Part shown: positions 26,522-41,133 of the stretch, one piece after another
Position numbering within the stretch: position 1 is the first letter of the stretch
How the letters are laid out: every line of letters starts with the position of its first letter
Assembly (NCBI GenBank): GCA_026023565.1
Contig: JAPETS010000008.1
Location: 186,001-250,000 of the forward strand
Reading direction: 5' to 3'
Origin: Cirrosporium novae-zelandiae
Taxonomy: Eukaryota
DNA length: 64,000 bases
Translations under genes and position numbers: made by a program
Notes under the pieces: model-generated
What the model was told of the DNA's origin: nothing
What the model saw: only the letters and a program-made list of their open reading frames with translations
Database searches by the model: none

Positions 26522-27424
26522 GCCGGTCTCAAGGGTTATGGTCTGGTCGATTGTTGATTACGATCCGCTACGTTCAATGAACCTTTGCTAGGAGGATGCT
26601 TGACGTTCTGCAAGGAATAAATATCCAAAGGAGAAAGGCCACTGGGACCGGGCAGGCCGAGGAAAGGATGGAGACGGAGTGGATGGAGGTTGACATTAGA
26701 ATCTTCAGTTCTCCAGTGTACCCTACCAGTTAGTGTGTGCACATTTTATCAGGAGTATGGCGCTTGTTGTCGGGAACGATCTGATCCTCTCAGCGAGCCT
26801 TGATTATTGATTTATACTTTCCTAAACTCGAGCAACAGCAATGAATTTCTTTGGTGAAGGTGATGATGAGGGAATAACAATGCTATTCCTCCTCGTCCTT
26901 GGTGATTTATTTTGTATAGTTGAAGTACTTTGAAGGATGTTTCTTCAGCCATTTCCATTAACAGATGGTCTTTAGTTGAGTAATTATATATTATATTCTT
27001 TCTTTTTTCTCAACAACAAAAGTTTGGTTTAAAAAGTCACGAAGTCTATGATTTGTTGTCTAGGTAGGCAGTTAATGATATTAATTAAATAATTAGTGCC
27101 AAGGGGTTGGCCAGCACGGGTCATTTGGGCTCAGGGCAGACCCTGCTTTTCCCGAGAAGCTTCATCTTAGTTCCCAAAGGTTTTTGACCCCATACACAGT
27201 ACACACGGTAGTCTAGTTAGGACCCCAAGGAACCCAACGCATCTAAATCCAAATCGGATCCGGACTTCCATTTCCCCATCTCTCTCTACTTTCTTCCATC
27301 CCATCCTAAATCTTCTTACATTTCCTTCTGCCTCTTTACGCAGACCACACTTTGAGACCTGTCTCAATCCTCTCCACTCTTATCAGCTCTTAAAGCCGAT
27401 ATCTCAACTTTTCAATTTGTCGCA

Positions 27425-28814
27425 ATGGCTCCTCCACCAGCTTTCTCCGATATTGCCAAACTCTCCAACGATGTAAGTTTTTCACATTGTCGCCCTTGTT
27501 TTTTACTCATTTGTGCTTCATTGTGCTTCACTGTGCTTCATTGTGCTTCGATCCAGTGAGACCTAAATCTAATTTCTGAAATAGCTCCTGAACAAGGATT
27601 TCTACCATGCCTCTGCCGGTGCGTTATTTCCCTCTAGATTAAGCAAACACTAGTAACTGACTTCCCCCCCCGTCCTTAAGCAAACCTCGAGGTAAAGACA
27701 AAGGCTCCCAACGGCGTAGCCTTCACTGTCAAGGGCAAGAGCGCTCATGATGGCCCAATTGCTGCATCGGTATGTCCTTAGCTGCGTTGAATCAAGATGC
27801 CAATTGGTATAATGTGCCCAAGAAAAAAAAAAGCTAACAGTCATTCCAGACTGAAGCAAAATATGCCGACAAGTCCGGTAAATATTGTTCCCTTTCGCAG
27901 CTGGCTTTCAGCGTTTCAGGCCTCCCTTTACCATTTCGCATTTATCTATACAATTGGTTCACCCAAGATCGCGTTGGGCTAATGCTTGTTTCCCGCCCTT
28001 CCTCAGGCGTCACAATCACCCAAGGATGGACTACTGCCAACTCCCTTGATACTAAGGTCGAACTCGATAACACCCTCGCCAAGGGCCTCAAAGCTGAGGT
28101 TTTGGCCCATTACCTCCCCGCTACCTCCAACTGGGGCACCAAGATGAACCTCTACTTCAAGCAACCTAATTTTCACGTCCGTACCTTTATCGATCCTAAC
28201 AAGGGCCCCACTGCTAGCATTGATGCTGTGCTCGGACACGAGGGTTTCTTGGTCGGTTGTGAAGCTGGTTATGATGTACAAAAAGCTGCTATCACGAAAT
28301 ACTCCGCCGCGCTTGGCTATAATGTTTCACAATATGCTGCTGCCATCACCGCTACAAACAATCTGAGCGTCTTCTCCGCATCATACTACCACAAGGTCAA
28401 TGATGACGTTGAGGCGGGTGCCAAGGCTACTTGGGATTCAAAGACCAGCACCAGTGTTGGCCTTGAACTTGCTAGCAAGTATAAGCTTGATCCCACTTCC
28501 TTCGTCAAGGTCGGTTTCCTAGAGTTAGAACCGCAATGGTTCGGATGACAAAGATATTTACATATTAACCCCTCCCATTTTAGGCTAAAATCAACGACCG
28601 TGGTATCGCCGCCCTTGCCTATAACATCAAGGTCCGCTCCGGTGTCACCTTCGGTGCGGGTGTTGGATTGGATACCCAGAAGCTGGATCAGCCCGTCCAC
28701 AAGGTATATCCCACCAAATCCAAGTCCTACAATAATTTAGCCCCCAAGATAGAATATCCATACTAACATATGAAATAACCATAGATCGGTGCCAGCTTAA
28801 CACTCGAGGCCTAG
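27425..28814 (+). CDS. POR1: Mitochondrial outer-membrane porin (VDAC); 7 exons
   Basis: MAPPPAFSDIAKLSND|LLNKDFYH, LELASKYKLDPTSFVK|AKINDRG, HK|IGASLTLEA*. Confidence 0.96.
27511..27550 (+). repeat. 4 x 10-nt tandem repeat (TTGTGCTTCA) in porin intron 1
   Basis: ttgtgcttca ttgtgcttca ctgtgcttca ttgtgcttcg. Confidence 0.9.
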
Positions 28815-29557
28815 AAAGAAAGAAATAAAGAACGAAAATGTAGAGTGACATCTACACATAACTTTTAATCCATCGGAGTAGAACTTGCAGCGTTTTTTTA
28901 ACGCGGGTTGTTTCTCGCAAATGCTGAACTGCATTTTTGAAATGGATGGGATGGGAGAAATAAAGAATTAAATCTTGGGGCGGAATGCGGGAGATGGATT
29001 GGTTTTCTTCTAGTTATACATTTGTAGTTCTAGTAGAAAGATCCCCGTTCTGTTTTTATGTAAAGTATAACGGATTATTGTGATAAGAGCAGAAGAAGTA
29101 GAAAGAAGCGATTCTTATCATAACCGACTAGTAGGAATAAATGACATCGAAATAAGGTCCAACCGACTGACTAACTTTATATAGTTGTAGGGCAAGAAGA
29201 TTTCAAAGAAAGATAATCATCTTCATTCACTTGCAGCAATCCTATCTCAAAATGAGGCCTAACTATGTAGCCTACTTAATTCAAAAAGAGCGTGTAAGTT
29301 ATCATACTAACTTAATTCGCAATTCATCATCTCCTTCATCTATCCATCCACCCTCAGTCGCCATGTTTTTTCTCCAAAAAAAAACATAGGGGCAATCCAG
29401 GTTACAGTTTCGTTTACCTTTTGGCTCTTTCGTCGTTACCCAGTTCCGTTATCCATTTATCCATTATCCATTTCGAATAACACATCTCTGTCGTTTTACA
29501 GGCAGGGGAAAGTCGATCGTGATGGGATAGAATTAATGGGAGTGAGGAACAGGGAGA

Positions 29558-31162
<1,605 letters not shown>

Positions 31163-31600
31163 GATGTATTTTGTAGTGCAAGGCCAATTCGGTTGACCTA
31201 CTTATCTCCTTATCAAGAAAGTTTGTGTTTGCGGAAGATAAAAAAACAAAAGGAAAATGTGAGATTTAAGTACACGTACCAAAGTACAGGGCAATTAATT
31301 AGTTTGGTGATACAGTGAAGCCCCGCTAATGCTAACTTATTTTAGGGCTGAAGTGCGCCCGTTGAGAAAACCCAAGGCAATTATTTGTGGTACTCTGGGT
31401 CCACACGTCATGAGTAACTTTAGCTACTGGACTCAAGGGCAAAACACCATGAAAGTAATCATCTAAGTACAGAACATTTTGCGCACGCTTCTTTCAATTT
31501 GCTGTTTTTATGGATAGAACTCTCCCCTCTTTTTCTTATCAATTGAAACTTTTAATATGTTCCTTCAGATACAATTAACAGCCTTGTCTACTCCAATGCT

Positions 31601-32434
31601 ATGTCCTCGATACTCCGTCCTGTTCCCCTCTTCCATCGATCTATTCGCCCCCGTTCACTGACAACCCGCACATTTTCCACTACTCTCTGCCTCAAGTCTC
31701 AGCAAACACATTATGACATTCTCTCCCTTCCACACACTGCTACTGGGAAAGAAATAAAATCTCGCTTCTACCACCTCAGCAAGACCTCCCATCCAGATCT
31801 ACACCCAGAAGATCCACATTCTTCCTCCCGCTTTGTCGCTATCAGTGAGGCCTACAGCGTCCTCGGAAACCCTACACGTCGAGAACGGTATGATAAGGAA
31901 GTCTTACTGCATATAAATGGGAGAGAGCATGGACATGGCAGAGGAGGCTCCCATCATGGAGGTAGAGGCACTGGTCCAATGGGTAGTAGGCCTCCTAGTG
32001 GATTAAGTAAGAGACGGACCCAGTTCAGAGGACCCCCGCCTAGTTTCTACGCAAGTGGCGGATATGGTGCTCATGGAGCGAAACGAACTACACATCCTGG
32101 TGCACATGCACATGATCACCCTTCCTCTCCGAATGCTTCTGAAAACCATCCACATGCTCACCCATTTAACCCATTTGAAGGCGGAGGGTTTGGCCCAAGT
32201 GGCCCTACCTCGGGGTCTCATTATGACGTTCCACATTTTAATCGCGATCAGCATATTCGGACCCAAGAGCATGAGGATCTACGTAGAAGAAGGAGGATGG
32301 AAGAGGAGATGAACGGACTTCAAGCAGGCGGGAGCGTACTAAGAGGCTTCTTCGTCGTTAGTGGAATTGTGTCATTGGCGGTAGGAATACCGACATTGTT
32401 TAGCGGAGGTGATAGAGAAAGGAAGAAGAGCTAG
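31601..32434 (+). CDS. J-domain protein, likely mitochondrial, with C-terminal TM segment
   Basis: Presequence-like N-terminus, THYDILSL...HPD...ISEAYSVLG, hydrophobic FFVVSGIVSLAVGIP. Confidence 0.9.
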   Translation: MSSILRPVPLFHRSIRPRSLTTRTFSTTLCLKSQQTHYDILSLPHTATGKEIKSRFYHLSKTSHPDLHPEDPHSSSRFVAISEAYSVLGNPTRRERYDKEVLLHINGREHGHGRGGSHHGGRGTGPMGSRPPSGLSKRRTQFRGPPPSFYASGGYGAHGAKRTTHPGAHAHDHPSSPNASENHPHAHPFNPFEGGGFGPSGPTSGSHYDVPHFNRDQHIRTQEHEDLRRRRRMEEEMNGLQAGGSVLRGFFVVSGIVSLAVGIPTLFSGGDRERKKS

Positions 32435-32707
32435 CTAGGCTTTTGAAGTTTCTCGTGAGTGTTCATTGTACATAGACTAAGATACTGAAATGTTGATATT
32501 GGGTGGTCCTGAAGGATATCGAAGAGTTTTTCAATAGCACATTGAGCGACGGTGTATGGCAGGTCATCTAATTTGGGCCAAAATTTACATATGTATATCT
32601 AGTCCTGTTTCTAGGTTTCATACACTGAAAAGGAGGCATTTTCTCTCTCGCCAGATACTTCGGCACACCCTTATCCCTCAGTTACCTCGGGCATTTGGCG
32701 TATTCAC

Positions 32708-33088
32708 CTACAACTTCTGCTTCTCCACCTCGGCCTTATCAAGCACCCCCGGCAACACTTCCTTAATAAATTCCACCACAGCGTCAGGCCCCTTCTGAAC
32801 CTGCAATCCTTGCGGGAGTGCCAAGGTTTGAATCCCCGCCACAGAATATCTAGCAGTGTCCAAAATCAACTTACTTTCCTCGGGAGTCCACATAGATGCC
32901 GTGAAAAGGATTGTGGGGGATGGGATGAGGGAGCGAAGAACCGGTAGGACGTCAGAGATCCGTTCACAGTTAGCGACGTGGACGATGGTATATTTAGGGG
33001 AGAGATCGGAGACAACGCGGCCGATGAGACGTTTTGCCCTCTCGGGGGCCGTATTGACTGTTACGAGGACGTGGGTTTTGGAGGACAT
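32708..33088 (-). CDS. Small conserved-looking hypothetical protein (126 aa)
   Basis: ATG in good context; globular alpha/beta pattern LVTVNTAPERAKRLIG...LFTASMWT...LPQGLQVQKGPDAVVEFI; ends QKL. Confidence 0.75.
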   Translation of the reverse strand: MSSKTHVLVTVNTAPERAKRLIGRVVSDLSPKYTIVHVANCERISDVLPVLRSLIPSPTILFTASMWTPEESKLILDTARYSVAGIQTLALPQGLQVQKGPDAVVEFIKEVLPGVLDKAEVEKQKL

Positions 33089-33805
33089 TTTGGAGAGAGG
33101 GGAGTGTGTCTTTTGATTTGGTTTTAAGGTCTGTTCTTGAAGGCTATTGCAAGCAATGTCTGTCCAGATCGAAGAGCAAGACTGTGGTTTTTTTTGGTTC
33201 AAGAAAATATCTTAACGCCTGAAAATAGAGAAACTGGAGATTTAAGTAACTAGTCCATCAGATATCCTTTGATATAAAAAAAGTCTACCCCGCTTGGGGG
33301 CTCCAAAGATTCACAATCAGTAGAAAGAATTATTGTTATACTAAAGTAAGATTGGTCAATCAAAGACGGGGGTCTTAATTAGAACCCACTATCTGGGGCA
33401 TATCAAAGTCTCGGCATTAAGATATGGCAAATATTTACGTTGGATGATACGATGATGATGGCAATGATGATGATTCATAAGAGTAAGGTATATGTCCCTT
33501 TCAGTATCAAAACCCTAACAATTGTCATTCCACCACACACGATAGAAATTCTTTGAATTGATTTTTATTTGAAGATGTCTATTAGGGAGAGTGGTACGAT
33601 AATTGCACCGGTCAATCCCCCGCCGTCCGTGGGTGCCGTTACCTCGTTTCATTCGTTCCTTAATTCTTGGAGACCCCTGTAAACGGTCATTGCTCTACCT
33701 CCCCATCACATACACTTTTCGTATATCAACCGCTCTGCATACTCTCTGTAATTCTGGAACTCAACATTCAAACAACACCTCCTCTCTACACCTAAAACAT
33801 TCTTC

Positions 33806-33862
33806 CCTCCCAATTCCCTCCCAATTCCCTCCCAATTCCTCTCCAATTCCTCTCCAATTCCT
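33806..33862 (+). repeat. ~11-nt pyrimidine-rich tandem repeat (CTCCCAATTCC) x~5 upstream of DES1
   Basis: Visible in sequence. Confidence 0.8.
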
Positions 33863-33927
33863 CCTCTCTGCACTTTTCTTCATCAACTCCATTCGTTTTT
33901 TTTTAATCTCACATTTAGGTTTCAAAA

Positions 33928-35248
33928 ATGGCCGACTCGGTCGTTGCAACAGCCACGGAACAAAAGCAGCAGCAGAAGTTAGTGGCTAGGGGAGCTCCTA
34001 AGGCGGCCGATGCCAATCCCCAGCGTTCAAATGGCAAAGGACCAAAGGGAGAGGGTTATGATCCAGTTCATCATAATGATTTCTTCTGGAGCTACACTGA
34101 TGAGCCACATTGCTCAAGAAGACATGCTATCATCAAAGCTCACCCTGAGGTACTGTTACTAAATCACTTGCTTTAGCTAGTAGCTTCTACCTACTTTTAG
34201 CGAGTGTACTAACATGGTGTTGAATATAATAGGTGACAAAACTCTGTGGTCCTGAGCCCCTAACTAAATACATTATCACTGGCGTTGTTGCCCTCCAGAT
34301 TACCCTCGCTATCCTCCTCCGCAACACGCCCATCTTCTCATGGCAATTCCTCCTTACCGCATATGTGATTGGTGCCACCGCCAACCAAAACTGTTTCCTC
34401 GCTATACATGAAATTTCGCATAACCTGGCATTTAGGAAGCCTATGCCAAATAGGTTTATTGCCATCTTAGCCAATTTACCAATTGGGGTACCATATAGTG
34501 CTAGCTTTAGGGTACGTGTTTCTACACATGATTTCTATCTTAACAATGCTCCGCTGCATATATCAATTATATCAATTCGGCTACTGACTATGGGTAGCCT
34601 TATCACTTAACGCACCACAAATCTCTGGGTGTCGAAGGCCTCGACACCGATCTCCCCACTACTTTCGAGGCCCTCTTTCTCGACTCACTCCTCGGCAAAG
34701 CCTTCTTCTGCACCTTCCAAATTTTCTTTTATGCCGTCCGCCCTGTTTTCATTTACCCCATTACCTTCACCTGGCTGCACTACCTCAACGTTTTTATCAA
34801 CATCGCATTTGATGGACTATTGGTATGGGCAACGGGAAGCTGGCAACCACTGTGGTATTTGCTATGCAGTAGCTTTTTAGCGGGGAGTCTGCATCCATGT
34901 GCGGGTCATTTCATTGCGGAACACTATATCATGACAAAGCCCGACCCTACACTACCCCCCTCACTCATCCCCGAAACATTTTCATACTATGGCCCTCTAA
35001 ACTTTTTCACATACAACGTCGGATACCACAACGAGCACCACGACTTCCCTGCCGTTCCCTGGAGCAGATTACCAGTACTGAGAAAGGTGGCCAGTGAGTT
35101 TTATGATGACCTCCCACAATGTGAGAGCTGGGTCGGCGTGATAGCAAGGTTTATTTCTGATCCCGAGATTGGGATGTGGTGCAGACTGAAGAGAACTAAG
35201 GGAGGAAGAAAAGTCGGGACCTTTCAGTGGAGAGACGAGGATTTGTAG
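33928..35248 (+). CDS. DES1: Sphingolipid delta(4)-desaturase; 3 exons
   Basis: DFFWSYTDEPHCSRRHAIIKAHPE, His boxes HEISH, HLTHH and HNEHH. Confidence 0.96.
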
Positions 35249-37139
35249 ACAAACTAGGCCGACTTTCTTTTTCTGGGTATGTTCTGGAGTTTTGTGTGAA
35301 TAGATGTGGATAGCTATGGGAGGCGGATAAGCAAAGAACAAGAACAAGGCAACAAAGAGGGTTTGACAAAAGAAAGCAAGAGATCAGAGAAAAGAAATGT
35401 GGCAGTCATCTATTACGTGGACGATCTAACAGGTATAGCTGAAGTGGACACATGTTTTGATAGGTCGTGAGAAATCTCGTCCCTTTTCAACATGATCCGC
35501 TTCTTGACCTCTGCATGAATGCATGCGTACATGCAAGACTTTTGGCCATTTCATATGACCAACATCACATCATCATCAAACACTCCTCTCAATCTTATCC
35601 CAGCCAAATCTCGTTGACTGACCCACCTAACATGGGTACTGAAATCGATATAAAAATCACCCTCATCAACCTTACTAGCAGGGCCGCAGCACAAGCGCGA
35701 AACTCATGGATTCAAGGATCCAGGATACAGAAAAACCGAGCTGGATCAGCTAACGAGCTGCACCTACCAATAAATGGTATTGCATCAATTGCACATAGGT
35801 ACATATTATAGATAGATAAAATACGCCATCCCGACTTCTCTACTCGATTGTCTTAGACAATTTTTTTCTGTTAAATATTGCCGGTTTCCAATCTTGCGTT
35901 CCTTGATTCTGAAGTTAAAGTTAAAGTCGAAGTATATCAACTCTACCGATAAATACACGCGTCTAGCATAAACTACTATAAACTATAATATCACCTTAAA
36001 TATTTATCTATGAGGATCATATGTTTATCTAAAGTGGTTATATATTCAAAAAGAAAAAGGAGAAGAACAATATATGTTAACTTTGATACTTTTACCTACT
36101 TTTATTTACATGTTTTCTCCCTTCAAGCCTAAACTCAAGGTTGATTGCTTAGTTGTGGATACTTCTTATGTGCGACTGAGTGTTTGCTAGCTTATGATGA
36201 TGTTCGATTTCTGGATAGGATCATGTGCAATGGAGCTCATTAGGTTGCTAATATATTTGTTAAAGGGGTATCCCTAAACTTCTTCACATTGTGATTCTAA
36301 GATTAAGGATGATAGGGTTGTTGGTTAGGGGAGTCTGTTACAATATATATACACATTTGAGATGTTAGTTAGATAAGGGGAAGGGGGGGGGTTAGGGTCC
36401 AGGTTGAAGAAGATGAACTACAGTTCACGGCTCATGACATTGATCAAGAAGAACAGGAATTATAACACGACAGATGAAGGGATTGATTAATTCAATTGAA
36501 GCCCTCCCTCCCTATATCACACAACCCATTTGGGTCTGCTGCAAGCTTACGAGAAGAGAGCATTTCATCCATCTCTCACTTGGTCCTTGTGTTGTCCGCG
36601 AAATTGTTAGGTAGAAGCAATAGTAGGAGGTGAGGCAATAAGAAAAAAAAAACAAAGAGGGTAGACCGAAGTAAAGAAAATTTTCAGACTATGCCATGGC
36701 TGTAAAGACCATGTATACTTTCTCTTTAGATTTTTCCACATTTTCTTTCTATTTCTTCGATATAGATCTTATTCGACACAACTGCTGCTGGCTGCGAGAG
36801 TCTTGAACATCTTCAATCAACACCTCGAGCATGCTGTTGTTGCCGCCACAATCTTAGAAAGCTTACTTCTTTTCATTTCAACACTGTTGTTATCGTTGTC
36901 GTCGTGACAATCTCGCAAGAAGTCTTCGATCTTTGCTTTCAATCTTTATCTTTTCCAACACTGCTGTTGCTGCAATGATTCGAAGCACCCACTGTTCGAC
37001 ACAACCTATTGCTGCAAAAATATCAAAGACAGCCTCACCGTCGCCGCAAGAATCTCAAGCAATTCTCAACACACCAAATAATTTCCTTCGATATAGCTAT
37101 TGCTGTAATGATCTGATCTTAGGATCAAGGGACTTCGTG

Positions 37140-38101
37140 TTGCTTTCTAGAATGGCTACCAGCACATCCAAAACACTGGCTCGAAGGAAAAGTATATCCC
37201 CCCCCCTCATCCATTCCTTTTTGAGAATGCCTGCTGATAACATTTCTAGTGCCTATTGTGAAAGGACATGTTGTTGCTCTAGACGAAAAATTCAAAGTTT
37301 GTCCATAAAGACGGACGAGAAGGTAATTTATCTCGGTTCAATATTCGTAGGACCACATGAACTTAGATATATTACTGTACGCAGAGTCATCCCTGCTCCT
37401 GTACCAAGTTGCGATGTTTCTCCGGCCCGACGCTCACTGGGGTGTGTTCACCCCCCTTGCCTCATTTCTTGTCTATGTTTATCTGATGGGCTCTAGACAT
37501 CTTGCCGTTGAGTGAACCTGGTGAACTTGAGGGGACTTCGTACCTTGAAGAGCAAAAAGCATGGGGCCCGTAGCGTGCAAATCGACCACCTATCCTCTTC
37601 CAATGGAAACAAGATATAAGCCTGAATCTGAATTACGAGGTCAAGTTAATGCGCCGTTTTGAATCTCTAATCCTGGATCAAGATGGCAATCCGCTATGGG
37701 ATTTTCCAAACCTCAATCTAACTCTGTCCAAGTGTGTTGAGGAATTTGGGACCGAGGCAGTCATGAGAAGCGATCATCGGATTGGCCTCAGAGATATCAG
37801 GGCACGGATGATCCACGATGCCGATGGCGTTGATAGGCGCCCATCACTCCATGCAATACAACAGTTAATGTACAGATGGAGACTTCGCGTTCGTTGTCTG
37901 GTGTGGAAAGACAACGGGACCAGCCAGAGGTGGGCAGATGCCATCTCTAATGCTATGACGCAAGACATGAAGGATAATAACACAACTCATGGCCTGCGAG
38001 ACCTAACAACTGAAGAGTGGAGAGGCTTAATGAATGCTGGTAACGGGTCATGCCCTAAAAAATCCAAGTACGCTAAACGGGAGAAAGAGGTTGGAGAGTA
38101 A
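37140..38101 (+). pseudogene. Hypothetical gene, probably disrupted; intact 3' ORF 37649-38101
   Basis: Three phase-compatible introns (37192-37249, 37323-37384, 37442-37496) lead into the 150-aa ORF, but the spliced frame has TGA 37259, TAG 37280 and TAG 37571. Confidence 0.45.
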
Positions 38102-38651
38102 GAGAAGCAATTGATGAGGATATGGAGAAGAGAAAGGTTGGCAAGGACACGGAGTCGTCAATAGATCAGGACGAAGTCTCTTTCCCTGAAGGAGATGTGA
38201 AAGAGTCCTAATTGTATCTAAATACAGAAATACTTCTCCAAGCAGCAAGTATCAATCCTATTTGACGAGTTTTGTGCCCTATATCTAAGCGTCTTGATTT
38301 GTTGAGAGTAATAAATTATATTACTCCTTTTATCGCTACGGCAAGCCATATACGCAGCTATGCACCGTACGGCGATTCTTAATTTCCATCCCATGAAGTG
38401 CCAAGCCTACCGCCTTGAACAAGAACAACAATAATATCTATAGCCTGAGTGACATGGAAGGAATACATAAACTTGATTTATCAGTCATTCCCAACATGCA
38501 GAATTGGATCAAAGAGAAAATAGAAAAGAAAAAAGGGATATATCTTCCGTGGGTGATTGCTGTTCTCCCAAATTATAACACCCAATTCAACATCTTATTA
38601 TCCTGATTCCAAGTGTCCCTCCACTCATCATCCAACTCCTCCGCCCATCCC

Positions 38652-39497
38652 TTATTCTGTCATGTCTGTACCACTAGAATTAGATCCCTCTTTGCACCGA
38701 TTGGCTGACTGCTTCGCTTTAGCGATATCTGCACGCACTTTGGCATTGTTTTCTTGTACCGTTTTCTTTGCGATTAGGCCCAATCTTTTTACTCTTTCCC
38801 CAATGCTCTCCTCCCGATCTTCTATCTCCTGGAGGGTCTCCACCATCTCCATTTTATCAATGTCCCATTGTGCTTTCATCTCTATTGTAGCTCTTTCAAG
38901 TTCAGTCATTTGAGCATCCCATCGCTGGTCAGGGGTAAGACGCACACGCGTGGTTTGGTGAATTGAGTCAGTGCCATTGTCGATGGAGCAAATGAACCCT
39001 TCTTCGGTGGCAGCAGTATCAATTGTAGATTGACCATAGTCTCTATCCTCCCAATCCAAGCTTCTATCCCAGACAATATCCGGATTCCCGAACTGATTCA
39101 AGCCAAAGTCCATCTCATACAACTCCGAGGCCAGGTCTTGAAGCCATTCCATTATCTCGGGCCATTCAGCCATTACTTTTGCAAAGTATATGCTGGACAT
39201 CCGATGCGGACTGGCGTGAAATGGTCGCACTGACAGGGTTGGCTTGGAGGTGTAAGGGTCAAGGTGCTGGTGCATGAGCACAAGAATCCCATTGACCGTG
39301 AGTACATTCGATTGGTCTAAATCTTGATTCTGTGATGAAGAGGCATGATTAGTTGATAATATTGAGTGGATGTAACATGAACTCACTTCTGGTTTAAGAT
39401 ATGAAAGAAGGAGGTGCTGAAGATTCTTGAAATGATGATTGTGTTCACGAGTAGCGTCATAAGAGTTTTCTTTGAGAGAAGGTGAATGCGGACTCAT
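38652..39497 (-). CDS. Orphan hypothetical protein (281 aa) with C-terminal coiled coil; possibly 5'-truncated
   Basis: Long ORF in an AT-rich accessory region; heptad-like E/K-rich tail. Confidence 0.55.
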   Translation of the reverse strand: MSPHSPSLKENSYDATREHNHHFKNLQHLLLSYLKPEVSSCYIHSILSTNHASSSQNQDLDQSNVLTVNGILVLMHQHLDPYTSKPTLSVRPFHASPHRMSSIYFAKVMAEWPEIMEWLQDLASELYEMDFGLNQFGNPDIVWDRSLDWEDRDYGQSTIDTAATEEGFICSIDNGTDSIHQTTRVRLTPDQRWDAQMTELERATIEMKAQWDIDKMEMVETLQEIEDREESIGERVKRLGLIAKKTVQENNAKVRADIAKAKQSANRCKEGSNSSGTDMTE

Positions 39498-40353
39498 AAT
39501 GAGAAGTTTCCTTAATCCTTGTTGTATCTAGGAATCCTTGAGATGAGTCGTACTTGATGAAGATATCGAAGATTAAGACATGAGATCATGGAATGAATTG
39601 ATAATAGTCGGTTTTGGTAAGCGGATACTCCGAGGACAAGGTCTGTGTTGTGGAATATGTTACTCAAACAAACTGCCTTTCGAAATTCGATAGATGCCAT
39701 GACTTGTGTCGACGAGAGAAGCAACAATCAACACTGATTTTGTTAGCTGTGAGGATTTATGATACAGCCATTAGCACATCATTGTTGGCCAAAGCCAAAG
39801 CCCTGCGACTACAAATTTAGAGAGACGGTTCTATTACTGCAACCAACTGTAAATAATACTAGACTTGAGGGTATCTTAGCTATTGGTCCCGCCTCTGTTA
39901 AGGAGCTCTTGCTTTTTTTATGTGAAGTATGTCTCTATGAGTTTCATTACGGGTTTTTTGACAATTTCTATTTAAATACTGTCGGTAAGTCTATGTTTAA
40001 TACCATCGAGTAGATGCTGGTATTCTTTTAGTCTTTCATTACTACCTCAGAAGCTCTGGTATGACCGCAGAGTAGTGTGATGGTATGGCTACCTATCATC
40101 GATCTGCTATCTTCTATTGCTGATATAGAACGTGCACTGGATATCTGAAACTTGGAAATTTTTTATCAGAGCTTGCTTTTAACTCATGTTTGTCTAGGAG
40201 ATACCACAACGGGGACCTTAATAACCTCAGCTTGTACCCCAAACTTGGGTAACTAACCGGCATAAATCTAACCTCTCTGCTAATATTAAACCTGGTGATA
40301 AAGAGCCTGCTGATAAAATTGAAGGTTGAATTATGAGTACACTAGCACTTCTC

Positions 40354-41133
40354 CTAGTCCCAAATACAAGGGCCTTTCCCAACCCACTTCTCCTCGTCAA
40401 TTTCTTTCAGTACCCATCTCGCCATACCCTTCCTACTTAAAAACATCCCTTCTTCACTACTTCCGACGAAGTTAGCACCAACCTCTTTCTCCACCTCGTT
40501 ATTATTTAATATCGGCACCCTAAATATCGTCCATTTGAGGTCCCTCTCTGATGTACATGCGATAATCGGAGTCATGGCATTGATTTCTTGATATGCGTCG
40601 ATATTTATCACTTTAACGAATAGAACAAGCAGCCTCCATTTGCTGTACCAGCTCCAGTTATCGTCAGGGGACCTCCATGAGACTGTGGAGAGAAAGAGAC
40701 CTCGATATACACGATATTTCTTCAAGAGAGGAAGAAGGAGTTTATACCCATCTGCTATAGGCTGTTTGAGGGTTAGTGCTGGAACGACTCGCTATGTCGA
40801 CATGGATTGACTATACCGTCCCCTTATGGCCCACTATCGGACCTAGAAATGAGGCTGCAGTATCTGCACCATTGGAGACAGCCCTCTCTAAGGCTTCTTT
40901 GTCGGTGAGTTCACCTTTGAAAATCGTGACACTCGAATTCTCCGAGATGTCGGCAGGGAGTTTAGAAGGATTTCGAATATAGAGCGTAAGGGAGTGACAT
41001 TTGGCAAGGGCTTGAGAGCAAAATTCAAGGCCAGCTGGACCTAATCACGTAAAACAGCATAAGTATAGAGAGGTGAGATTGCAATGGGTGGTTATCAACC
41101 TGTTGCTCCGAGAACTAGAATGTGATGAGGCAT
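40354..41133 (-). CDS. NAD(P)-binding Rossmann protein (flavin reductase/BVR-B-like atypical SDR); 3 exons
   Basis: MPHHILVLGAT|GPAGLEF, LYIRNPSKL, WTIFRVP, LSRKGMARWVL...KWVGKGP. Confidence 0.85.

Noticed and set aside
27511..27550. Short repeat arrays (also 33806-33862) as CRISPR-like
   Set aside because: No spacers, 10-11 nt units, eukaryotic intron/UTR context.
32432..32446. Stop read-through motif TAG CTA after the J-protein
   Set aside because: The extension would be only xLGF*, with no PTS1 or other signal.
32708..32719. C-terminal QKL as a peroxisomal signal
   Set aside because: Non-canonical tripeptide with no supporting evidence.
36933..37496. 187-aa ORF as a gene
   Set aside because: TTG start, runs through three canonical introns and low-complexity repeats.
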